From contig CANHBJ010000003.1 of assembly GCA_947459075.1 (NCBI GenBank), positions 1 to 46,056 of the forward strand: 46,056 bases of DNA, read 5' to 3'. The notes under the pieces are model-generated. The model did not search any database and was not told the origin of the DNA. It saw only the letters and a program-made list of their open reading frames with translations. A program made the translations under genes and the position numbers. Position 1 is the first letter of the stretch; the number at the start of each line of letters is the position of its first letter. Positions 10,138 to 18,696 of the stretch are shown piece after piece. Source of the DNA: Bacteroidota bacterium (GTDB taxonomy: Bacteria > Bacteroidota > Bacteroidia > UKL13-3).

Positions 10138-11379
10138 CTAGTTTATTTCAACTCCAGCAATAATAACTTTGTCAATCATATCAACACCAAAACTATAAGG
10201 TATAAACGCCAGTGATGGTATTGGTTTTGTGATGATAATATTGCCCAATTTACCTTTTGTAATACTTCCGTGTGTATGGCTTAATTCTAGCGCATATGCT
10301 CCGTTAATTGTAGTTGCATTAATAGCTTCTTCGGGTGTTAGTTTCATTTGTGTGCAAGCTAAAGAAACCACAAAACTCATGCGTCCATTTGGCGATGATC
10401 CTGGATTGTAATCGCTAGCCAAACAAAACGGTAAACCTGCATCAATTATTTGCCTACCTGGTGCATAAGGTATGCCTAAAAAGAACGAACAATTGGGCAA
10501 CCCAACTGGCATGGTATTTCCGTTTTTTAAGCTGGTAATTTCTGCTTCTCCAGTATACTCTAAATGATCAACGCTTATTGCTTGGTGTTTAACTGCAATT
10601 TGCACACCACCAGTATATCCAAGTTCGTTGCCATGTATTTTTGCTTTTAAACCATATTGTTTCGCTGCAATAAGAATTCGTTCAGTTTCATCCACAGTAA
10701 AAAATCCTTGATCACAAAATACATCACAATATTCAGCTAAATTTTCGGCAGAAATTTTCGGCAACATCTCATTTATAACCAAATTAATATATGCTTCTCG
10801 GTTTTGTTTGAACTCTGTCGGTATAGCATGAGCGCCTAAAAAAGTAGCTTTAATGGTAATAGGAGATATAGCTTTTAAACGTTTAATAACCCGCAACATT
10901 TTTAGTTCATCTTCAACAGTTAGCCCATAACCACTTTTTATTTCAATGGCACCTGTTCCGTTACTAATTACTTCAAATAATCTAGCTTTTGCACTTTCAA
11001 ACAATTCATCTTCACTCATGGCTTGCAGTTTTCGCGCAGAGTTTAAAATGCCACCACCAGCTGCTGCAATTTCTTCATAACTTTTACCTTTTATGCGCAT
11101 CACAAATTCTTCTTCTCTGCTTTTTGCAAAAACGATATGCGTGTGTGAGTCGATAAAACTTGGTAATACGTAACCGTTATTGGCATCTATGCTTGGCAAT
11201 GATATTTCAGGCAAACTATTCATGCTACCAAAATCAGTAATAATACCATCTTTAATAATTAAGTATGCATTTTCAATGGAATCAAGATGGGACATTTCTG
11301 TTCCTGATTTTTTTTGTATAGATGCATCATTAATAATGCCGTAAAGCGCTTTTATATTTTTTATAAGTACTGATTTCAT
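10138..11379 (-). CDS. hutI: Imidazolonepropionase
   Basis: PSFIDSHTH, SYEEIAAAGGGI, EIKSGYGL, DVFCD, SVDHLE, ASDYNPGS. Start moved to the ATG at 11379 (MKSVLIKNI). Confidence 0.95.
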   Translation of the reverse strand: MKSVLIKNIKALYGIINDASIQKKSGTEMSHLDSIENAYLIIKDGIITDFGSMNSLPEISLPSIDANNGYVLPSFIDSHTHIVFAKSREEEFVMRIKGKSYEEIAAAGGGILNSARKLQAMSEDELFESAKARLFEVISNGTGAIEIKSGYGLTVEDELKMLRVIKRLKAISPITIKATFLGAHAIPTEFKQNREAYINLVINEMLPKISAENLAEYCDVFCDQGFFTVDETERILIAAKQYGLKAKIHGNELGYTGGVQIAVKHQAISVDHLEYTGEAEITSLKNGNTMPVGLPNCSFFLGIPYAPGRQIIDAGLPFCLASDYNPGSSPNGRMSFVVSLACTQMKLTPEEAINATTINGAYALELSHTHGSITKGKLGNIIITKPIPSLAFIPYSFGVDMIDKVIIAGVEIN

Positions 11380-11464
11380 AACTCTAGCAAATAACGAACA
11401 TGTTGAATAATTTAAAAAATAAATGATACTTGGTTTAGTGTTCAAGTATTTACTTTGTGTAATA

Positions 11465-11983
11465 ATGAAAAACCTACAACAAATTTTGCAAACACCCATA
11501 AAAAAGGGTCATGATGTTTGGATTGCGGATACTGCACGTGTTTTTGGATTAGTAACTTTAGGTGATGAGTGTTCGGTATGGTTTGGGGCCGTATTGCGTG
11601 GTGATGGTGATTTGATTACCGTTGGAAACCGAAGCAATATTCAAGATAATGCTGTTATTCATGTTGATCCGGGTTTCCCAACCCAAATTGGCCATGATTG
11701 TATTGTTGGTCATGGTGCGATAGTTCATGGAGCAAAGCTAGGAAATCATGTGTTGGTAGGTATGCATGCAACGGTTTTAAACGGAGCAACGGTTGGTGAT
11801 TTTTGTATAATTGGTGCTCATGCACTGGTAACAGAGGAAATGGTTATTCCAGATTACAGCATTGTTATGGGTGCTCCTGGCAAAGTAGTCAAGCAATTAT
11901 CTCCCGAGCACATCGAAAAAGTGAAACGAAATGCCCAATCTTACGTTGATTTAAGTAAGGAATATTTGAAGCATTGGAAATAA
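11465..11983 (+). CDS. Gamma carbonic anhydrase family protein (YrdA/CaiE-like)
   Basis: SVWFGAVLRGD, SNIQDNAVIHVD, VGHGAIVHGA (three Zn-binding His), hexapeptide repeats. Start moved to the ATG at 11465. Confidence 0.92.
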   Translation: MKNLQQILQTPIKKGHDVWIADTARVFGLVTLGDECSVWFGAVLRGDGDLITVGNRSNIQDNAVIHVDPGFPTQIGHDCIVGHGAIVHGAKLGNHVLVGMHATVLNGATVGDFCIIGAHALVTEEMVIPDYSIVMGAPGKVVKQLSPEHIEKVKRNAQSYVDLSKEYLKHWK

Positions 11984-12062
11984 AATCACGTTTTACTTGT
12001 TAACCTGAATAATAAAAATATTGTGTTTATTATGATGTAAACTTGTACCCTCAATTTTATCA

Positions 12063-13808
12063 ATGAAAATACTTGTTACTTACCTTAAGCGATACAAAAA
12101 ACTAGTTGGCTTATCCATGTTATTTGCCACCATTAACCAGGTTTTCTCTTTACTCGATCCACTAATTTATGGAAAAATAATTGACCAATACGCCCAACAT
12201 GCTTCATCGTTTACCCAAAGTCAATTTATAAAAGGTGCAGGGTTACTAATTTTAGCAGCTATTGGCGTTGCAATGGTAAGTCGTATTGCAAAGGCTTTTC
12301 AGGATTACACCGTTAACTTGGTTATACAAAAATTAGGTGCAGACATATACACTGATGGCTTAAAACATACATTACAAATACCGTTTAGCGATTTCGAAGA
12401 CCAACGTAGTGGCGAAACTTTAAACATTTTACAAAAAGTAAGGATTGATACGGAAAAGTTTATCATGAGTTTTGTGAATATTCTTTTTGCCTCGCTTGTG
12501 GGTATCGTATTTGTAATGGTATATGCCATAAATGTACATGGTGGATTAATTGTAATTTACATAGTTGCTGCAACATCATTAAGTATTATTACCAATTATT
12601 TATCAAAGCGCGTAAAAAAAGTACAGACTAATATTGTACGTGAAACACGCATGCTTGCTGGGAGTACAACCGAAAGTTTGCGTAACATTGAGTTGGTGAA
12701 AAGTTTGGGTTTAACCAACCAAGAAACAAACCGATTAAATACCGCAACTAAAAAAATATTACAATTAGAGTTAAAGAAAGTACGCAACATACGCAGTATC
12801 TCTTTTGTACAGGGTACTTTGGTTAACTTCCTTCGTCAGTCTATATTATTTATGCTTTTGTATTTGATTTTCGAAGGACAATTGAGTGTAGGCGAAATCA
12901 TTACGTTACAATTTTATTCTTTCTTTATTTTTGGTCCGCTGCAAGAGGTAGGTAACGTAATCATCAGTTACCGTGAGGCAGAAGCTTCGTTGGCCAATTT
13001 TGAGCAAATCATGAATACACCTCTAGAGCACAAGCCATCATCACCAAAGCATCTTGGAACCATACAAAACATGTGTTTTAATGAAGTGGTATTTAGGCAT
13101 AAATCTGCCGGATATGATGCAGTGAGTAAAATTAGCTTTGATGTAAATAAAGGTGAAACCATTGCTTTCGTTGGCCCAAGTGGAAGTGGAAAAAGTACGT
13201 TAGTTAAATTGTTGGTTGGATTGTATTCGCCAAATTCGGGTAGTATTTCATACAACAACATCCTTTCAACTGATATTGATAAAGATGAACTGCAACAGCA
13301 ACTTGGCTTTGTAACACAAGATACCCAATTATTTTCGGGTACTATAAAAGAGAATTTATTGTTTGTTAAACCTAATGCAACAGATACAGAGTTGGAAGAA
13401 GTCTTAGAAAAATCAGCTTGCAGCAATATTATAAAACGTAGCGAAAATGGCTTAGATACGATGATAGGAGAGGGAGGAATGAAATTAAGTGGTGGCGAAA
13501 AGCAACGTTTGTCAATTGCACGTGCCTTGTTACGTAATCCGCGTATTATGGTTTTTGATGAGGCAACCTCTGCACTTGATTCCATCACAGAGGCGTCTAT
13601 TTCTGATACGATAAAAAATATTTCAGATAAAAAGGATAGTATAACAGTTTTAATAGCACACCGATTATCAACCATTATGCATGCCGATAGGATTTTTGTG
13701 CTAGAAAAAGGTGTTGTAATTGAAACGGGTAAACACCAAGATTTATTAAATGAAAAAGGTTTGTACTATGCCATGTGGCGCCAGCAGATTGGTGAGCGTA
13801 GGGAATAA
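12063..13808 (+). CDS. ABC exporter, fused permease and ATPase
   Basis: N-terminal TM domain, Walker A GPSGSGKS, LSGGEKQR, FDEATSALD, IAHRL. Confidence 0.95.
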   Translation: MKILVTYLKRYKKLVGLSMLFATINQVFSLLDPLIYGKIIDQYAQHASSFTQSQFIKGAGLLILAAIGVAMVSRIAKAFQDYTVNLVIQKLGADIYTDGLKHTLQIPFSDFEDQRSGETLNILQKVRIDTEKFIMSFVNILFASLVGIVFVMVYAINVHGGLIVIYIVAATSLSIITNYLSKRVKKVQTNIVRETRMLAGSTTESLRNIELVKSLGLTNQETNRLNTATKKILQLELKKVRNIRSISFVQGTLVNFLRQSILFMLLYLIFEGQLSVGEIITLQFYSFFIFGPLQEVGNVIISYREAEASLANFEQIMNTPLEHKPSSPKHLGTIQNMCFNEVVFRHKSAGYDAVSKISFDVNKGETIAFVGPSGSGKSTLVKLLVGLYSPNSGSISYNNILSTDIDKDELQQQLGFVTQDTQLFSGTIKENLLFVKPNATDTELEEVLEKSACSNIIKRSENGLDTMIGEGGMKLSGGEKQRLSIARALLRNPRIMVFDEATSALDSITEASISDTIKNISDKKDSITVLIAHRLSTIMHADRIFVLEKGVVIETGKHQDLLNEKGLYYAMWRQQIGERRE

Positions 13809-13818
13809 AAATATTTTA

Positions 13819-13850
13819 AAAGGGTCGAATTTAATCGACCCTTTGGTTTT
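13819..13850. terminator. Bidirectional terminator ending the ABC gene and the dab operon
   Basis: aaagggtcga-atttaa-tcgacccttt, flanked by A and T runs. Confidence 0.75.
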
Positions 13851-15145
13851 TAAATTGCAATTTGGAATTGTACAACCATCATACCCTTATTAGATGTTTG
13901 TTTTAAACTTGTTGTGTTTATAATTGGTCTACTTTGGTAGTTTAAACTAATTTTTGAGCGTTGTCCATCAATGAGCCAATTAAAGCCAATATCCCACATA
14001 GCAGTGGTGCTTTTTAATCTATCATACTTGGCCAAAGTAATATCGGCATAAGGTTGAATTCTGTTTACATCTATGTTGTTTTTTTTAGGTAAAAGATAAC
14101 CTATTTGGGCAAACAATGTATTACCGGTTCCGTACATAGCAAAACTATTTCCACCCCCACTTAATGTATTTCCTGTATTAATATTAGCAGGGTTTAACAC
14201 GCCATTATTTCTGATATAATTTTTTCCATAATCGGTATTTGATGCAGCCGCATATAAGGTTAATACACTGCCGTTGTTTTTTATGGGATGTTCAAAAAAC
14301 ACATCAAATCCTATATTAAATAATTTTTGATGAATGATGTTTTTACTCAAAGTATCTGCGTAATGCCACATGGCATCTGGTTGATATTGAAAGCCTGCTC
14401 CAAATGTCAGTATTTTTTTCTTACCTAAATATGTTCCCGACATATATGGGGTAACATTACTTTCTTCATCCCAAAACTGATACATCAAGTAACCACTGGT
14501 TTGAAGCTTAGGTGCATTGTAAGAAAAGTCTGAGTTTACATTTATAGCTTTAACTGAATACGTACTTGCATCAATCATCAAGGGTTTTGACAGCGCCAAT
14601 CGATAATCAAATTTTCTTATTTTACCCTTTACATATATACTTAGTTTACGCAAAAATTGGTCGTTTACATCATTGGTAGATTGTTGGTATAAAGGTGCAT
14701 CATAGCCCAATATGTTTCCAGCCGATGGTGCTGCATAACGCGAAAAACCAGACCAACCAGTTAAGCCTGTTCCTAAATGAAACAATTTATTAGTAAGATG
14801 ATATTCTGTAGCTACATCATGAAAAAACAGACCGGGTTTGCGTGCGGAATTGTATCCATAATTATTAATACCCAATTGGGTATATATAAAAACTTTATCA
14901 GAAATTTTCCCCATCAACTGAAAACGAACCCTACGCAAGCCAACATCAAATGTTTCTTTTTCAGAAATACCATTAATGGTTGTACCAGGATTATTATATG
15001 TATATCTGGTCCAAACTTGCGCTGTAAAATTGGCTTTTAAATAATGAGTTCCTGTCTCATTTAAGCTTAATTTAAGCTCCTTGTTTTGTGCGTAAAGATA
15101 CAAGCCCAATGTGCTTAATGCTGCTGTTAAAAAAAAGGGTTTCAT
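13850..15145 (-). CDS. Putative outer-membrane beta-barrel/porin
   Basis: Signal peptide from the ATG at 15145 (MKPFFLTAAL...LYA|Q); amphipathic aromatic strands (FTAQVWTRYT, GLRRVRFQLMG, FAQIGYLL, KISLNYQ); ends MVVQFQIAI. The RRVR strand recalls anion-selective OprO/P-like porins (inference). Confidence 0.7.
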   Translation of the reverse strand: MKPFFLTAALSTLGLYLYAQNKELKLSLNETGTHYLKANFTAQVWTRYTYNNPGTTINGISEKETFDVGLRRVRFQLMGKISDKVFIYTQLGINNYGYNSARKPGLFFHDVATEYHLTNKLFHLGTGLTGWSGFSRYAAPSAGNILGYDAPLYQQSTNDVNDQFLRKLSIYVKGKIRKFDYRLALSKPLMIDASTYSVKAINVNSDFSYNAPKLQTSGYLMYQFWDEESNVTPYMSGTYLGKKKILTFGAGFQYQPDAMWHYADTLSKNIIHQKLFNIGFDVFFEHPIKNNGSVLTLYAAASNTDYGKNYIRNNGVLNPANINTGNTLSGGGNSFAMYGTGNTLFAQIGYLLPKKNNIDVNRIQPYADITLAKYDRLKSTTAMWDIGFNWLIDGQRSKISLNYQSRPIINTTSLKQTSNKGMMVVQFQIAI

Positions 15146-15152
15146 AATCTGG

Positions 15153-16811
15153 TTAGTTTTTATTTGAAAACTTGCGTGAGGCGAATGGGTGTTTTGATAA
15201 AGGGGTATGATTTTCAAGGCCTAAGATTTCAAATATTCCCCCATCTTCTTCATATCTTTTAGCCAACTCATGCATGTGCTCCATAACGGTATGATCTACT
15301 AGCTTTGCACCAGTAAAATCAACTAAAACTTTTTTGCCATGTGGTAATTTATCTAATTGTTTTTTTAGCCCGATATAATTACTAAAAATGGCAGAGTGCT
15401 CTACATCAATAGTATATAAATTTTTATCTTCACTTACATTTATGGTTAAAAAAGGTTTAAATAAACTTTTTAAGGGCACTCCATTACTAAGGTGAATAAT
15501 CATTTTAACTATTATGCCCACTGCTATTCCAATTAGTAAATCTGTTGCCAATGTTGCTACGATGGTTGATACAAAGATTAAGAGTTGTTCCTTCCCAATT
15601 TTTAGTGTTTTAATAAACTCTTTTGGAGATGCCAAGCGAAAACCTGTAATCATTAGCATGGCTGCTAATGCAGCCAATGGGATTTGGTGAATTACTTGGC
15701 TTAAAAATAATATAAATACCAATAAAAATCCTCCGTGAAAAAAATTAGCCCAACGCGTTTTTGCTCCATTATTTACATTAGCCGAGCTACGCACAACTTC
15801 AGCAATAATTGGTAAGCCTCCTAACAAAGATGATAAAATATTTCCCGATCCCTTAGCAAATAATTCTCGGTTAAAATTTGATTGTCGTTTAAATGGATCT
15901 AGTTTGTCTATAGCGGCTGCAGTTAACAGTGATTCTAAACTTGCCACTAGAGCATACGTAATCATCATTTGAAATCCAAAAGAAGTAAATAAATAATCAA
16001 ATCTCGGCATTATTATTCCGTCCAAAATATTTGATGGAAGTGTAACTAAAAACTTTGGTCCTAATAAATATTCATGGCCATTTAAAAACAGGTATTTATG
16101 TTCATGTTCTAAATCAAAATAATGACCTAGTGGTATAGCAATTAATATTACTAATAAAGGGGCTGGGATCATTTTTACATATTTATTTTTAATTAGTGGT
16201 AATCCAATTAATATAATAAAACTTAATGCAGCAATAATGGCAACATCAGGATTCATGTTAATTATACTATGAGGAATTTCTGTGATTACTTCCAGCATTT
16301 CCTTTCCTTCAGGTTTAACGCCTAATGCGGTGTGGAATTGTTTGGCAAAAATCATAATACCAATAGCAGCAAGCATACCGTGTACAACCGAAGAAGGGAA
16401 AAAATTACTAAGAACGCCTGCTTTAATCAATCCAAATAAAATTTGAATTACACCACATCCAACGCCAACAGCTAGGGTACATTGGTATGCAAACATTTCA
16501 ATTTGATCTGGAGTTAAACCTTCTGGTGCTATTTTTTTAAAGCCTTCAATACTCATTAAAACAATAACGGCTAACCCTGCAGCTGGACCGTTAATAGTTA
16601 AGTGTGATCCGCTAGTTAAAGACAATAATAAACCGCCAACTACACCTGCAATTATGCCGGCCATAGGAGGTACACCACTTGCCATGGCAATACCTAAACA
16701 CAATGGTAATGCGATAAGAGAAATAATAAATCCTGATAGTAGATCAGTTTTCCAATTTTGTTTTAGTCCTGCAAATCCATCAGCAGGTATATTTTTTTTA
16801 AATAAATTCAT
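15153..16811 (-). CDS. SulP/SLC26 family inorganic anion (probably bicarbonate) transporter
   Basis: DLLSGFIISLIALPLCLGIAMASG, INGPAAGL, ASLESLL, EVVRSSAN, GAKTR, IPLAALAA, STAS-like VDFTGAKLVDHT. Confidence 0.93.
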   Translation of the reverse strand: MNLFKKNIPADGFAGLKQNWKTDLLSGFIISLIALPLCLGIAMASGVPPMAGIIAGVVGGLLLSLTSGSHLTINGPAAGLAVIVLMSIEGFKKIAPEGLTPDQIEMFAYQCTLAVGVGCGVIQILFGLIKAGVLSNFFPSSVVHGMLAAIGIMIFAKQFHTALGVKPEGKEMLEVITEIPHSIINMNPDVAIIAALSFIILIGLPLIKNKYVKMIPAPLLVILIAIPLGHYFDLEHEHKYLFLNGHEYLLGPKFLVTLPSNILDGIIMPRFDYLFTSFGFQMMITYALVASLESLLTAAAIDKLDPFKRQSNFNRELFAKGSGNILSSLLGGLPIIAEVVRSSANVNNGAKTRWANFFHGGFLLVFILFLSQVIHQIPLAALAAMLMITGFRLASPKEFIKTLKIGKEQLLIFVSTIVATLATDLLIGIAVGIIVKMIIHLSNGVPLKSLFKPFLTINVSEDKNLYTIDVEHSAIFSNYIGLKKQLDKLPHGKKVLVDFTGAKLVDHTVMEHMHELAKRYEEDGGIFEILGLENHTPLSKHPFASRKFSNKN

Positions 16812-16825
16812 TTTAGTGTTTTTAA

Positions 16826-18694
16826 TTATGATGAACGATATGGCCTGTTTAAAGGTTCTTTAATAAAGGGGCCTAAGAAAATTCGCGAATACATTCTTAC
16901 AAGTGTAATTCCATCTAAAATTATACTAATCGAAACCAACGATGCCAATAAAAGTTGATTTTGATGGATATGACTAAACAATAGATCTTCACCGATAAAT
17001 GTTGCTGTAATAGGGAATCCTGACAACCCCAAACAGGCCATTAAAAATATAAAGGCTGTTTTAGGATATGGTATGGCATACCCATAAAAATTATTCAGAT
17101 CTATGTTTTTTTCTTTTCTTTTTAAAGTGTGAAGACAAGCATACCCAACTGCTCCCGAAACGATAACACCACTCATGTAAATAATAGCATCTTGCGCGTT
17201 AAATTGTTCGTTATATGAAACTGATAATACTAAGAAAGCATGATTCATTATAATCATAAACCACGCGATGTATACATTATTACGCTCTATGAATGATTTT
17301 AATATCAGTTTTAAGCCTACCGCAGCAAGTATTATCGACATATTGTTTTTTATCGAAGCTGGTATTAATTGTTGATGATATAACACATAAATAGCCGTAA
17401 CAAAAAGTACTGTATATACAATAATGATTTGGTTTATTTTAAGGAAGTCTACTTTTTTACCTAATGTTTTAAGTGTTCCCCATACATATCTATACATATA
17501 CCAATCGAGGTTAAACTCTTTTATACTTAAAACGTAGATAGTATCCTTTATTCTTTTTTGCCAATTAGGAATTGATTTGTGAACTGGTTTTTCAAAATGA
17601 TAAAACTGCTCTTTAATTAAATAACTAACCAACGAAGGAGATACCAAGAGCTGATAGGTACGTAAAAAGGCATTGCCTGCAAAATGCATTAATGCTATTA
17701 TATGCAAACCACATGCAACCTCAATAAAAATAATACCTATTTGTGCTGCTGATGAATATGCAATTTGACTTTTAACAGATGATTGAACCCTTGCTGTTAA
17801 GGTAGTAATTATAGCAGTACTTAATCCCAATAAAGCTATAATAATTCGAACTGAATATTGGTGTTCCCAAAAGGTGTATGTTCTGAAAAGCAAGAAAACT
17901 CCAATATGAACAGATAACGACCCATAGAAGATTGCACTTGATGGTGTAGGTCCTTCCATAGCGCGAGGAAGCCACGATGAGAAAGGAAGTTGAGCTGATT
18001 TAGCTACTGCTGCAATTAAAATAGTTAGCGAAATAAATACACCCACAGCACTATGGCTCTGTAGTTGCTCATGCACCAAGTCATAGTTATTTAATTTAAT
18101 AAATGTAATGTTTTCATGCCATAAATGATGGCTCATCCACATGGCTAATAAAATCCCAATATCGCCAATACGATATATGCTAAATACTTTTATTCCATTT
18201 TTAACTGGCAAATATCTGTGACGATAAAATGCAATTAATAAGAACGAAGAAATACCTAAAATTTCCCATCCTAAAAATAATGTTTCGAAATTACCTGATA
18301 ATACGGTTATACTATATCCTGTAAAGAAAAATAAGATGGTGTTGAAATACCTTTTATATCCGATTTCTCTGTGTAAGTAGTACCTACTGTATATAGTTAC
18401 CATTAATGTTAGTATTGAGCCAACAAGCAAGTATACTAAACTGATTAAATCAAAGTAGAAATCAATAGCAAACACATAATGTTTTGATTGATAAATTACC
18501 AATTCACTAATGTTTAATGCTTGATGCTGGTTTAATAGCCAAAATATACTGAATGCGATAAGTAACAGGGTATTTAACGCAATACCTATGAATGCCGTAT
18601 ACGATATAATTACTTCCTTTTTTTTGGGAATAAATAGGCTAATTATAAATGCAGTAAAAGGAATTAAAATAAATAATTGAATAAATTGTTCCAT
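16826..18694 (-). CDS. dabB: DabB/MpsA-like NuoL-type membrane subunit, C-terminally extended
   Basis: FLGWEILGISSFLLIAF, RIGD, KSAQLPFSSWLPRAMEGPTP, IAYSS; lies 2 nt downstream of the DUF2309 gene, with no other nuo or mrp genes nearby. Confidence 0.85.
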   Translation of the reverse strand: MEQFIQLFILIPFTAFIISLFIPKKKEVIISYTAFIGIALNTLLLIAFSIFWLLNQHQALNISELVIYQSKHYVFAIDFYFDLISLVYLLVGSILTLMVTIYSRYYLHREIGYKRYFNTILFFFTGYSITVLSGNFETLFLGWEILGISSFLLIAFYRHRYLPVKNGIKVFSIYRIGDIGILLAMWMSHHLWHENITFIKLNNYDLVHEQLQSHSAVGVFISLTILIAAVAKSAQLPFSSWLPRAMEGPTPSSAIFYGSLSVHIGVFLLFRTYTFWEHQYSVRIIIALLGLSTAIITTLTARVQSSVKSQIAYSSAAQIGIIFIEVACGLHIIALMHFAGNAFLRTYQLLVSPSLVSYLIKEQFYHFEKPVHKSIPNWQKRIKDTIYVLSIKEFNLDWYMYRYVWGTLKTLGKKVDFLKINQIIIVYTVLFVTAIYVLYHQQLIPASIKNNMSIILAAVGLKLILKSFIERNNVYIAWFMIIMNHAFLVLSVSYNEQFNAQDAIIYMSGVIVSGAVGYACLHTLKRKEKNIDLNNFYGYAIPYPKTAFIFLMACLGLSGFPITATFIGEDLLFSHIHQNQLLLASLVSISIILDGITLVRMYSRIFLGPFIKEPLNRPYRSS

Positions 18695-18696
18695 TG

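Noticed and set aside
11380-11499. Apparent overlap of the hutI and gamma-CA 5' ends; also the long starts at 15217 and 31729
   Set aside because: Artefacts of longest-ORF calling. The downstream ATGs (11379, 11465, 15145, 31714) give normal N-termini.
12968-13675. 235-aa antisense ORF, and similar shadow ORFs (e.g. 2507-2815, 32244-32642, 33194-33526, 36643-37053)
   Set aside because: They lie opposite well-supported genes and have Ser/Phe/Leu-rich, motif-free translations typical of antisense frames.
16826-18694. Annotation as respiratory complex I NuoL or Mrp antiporter subunit A
   Set aside because: No other nuo or mrp genes are present, and it is tightly coupled to DUF2309.
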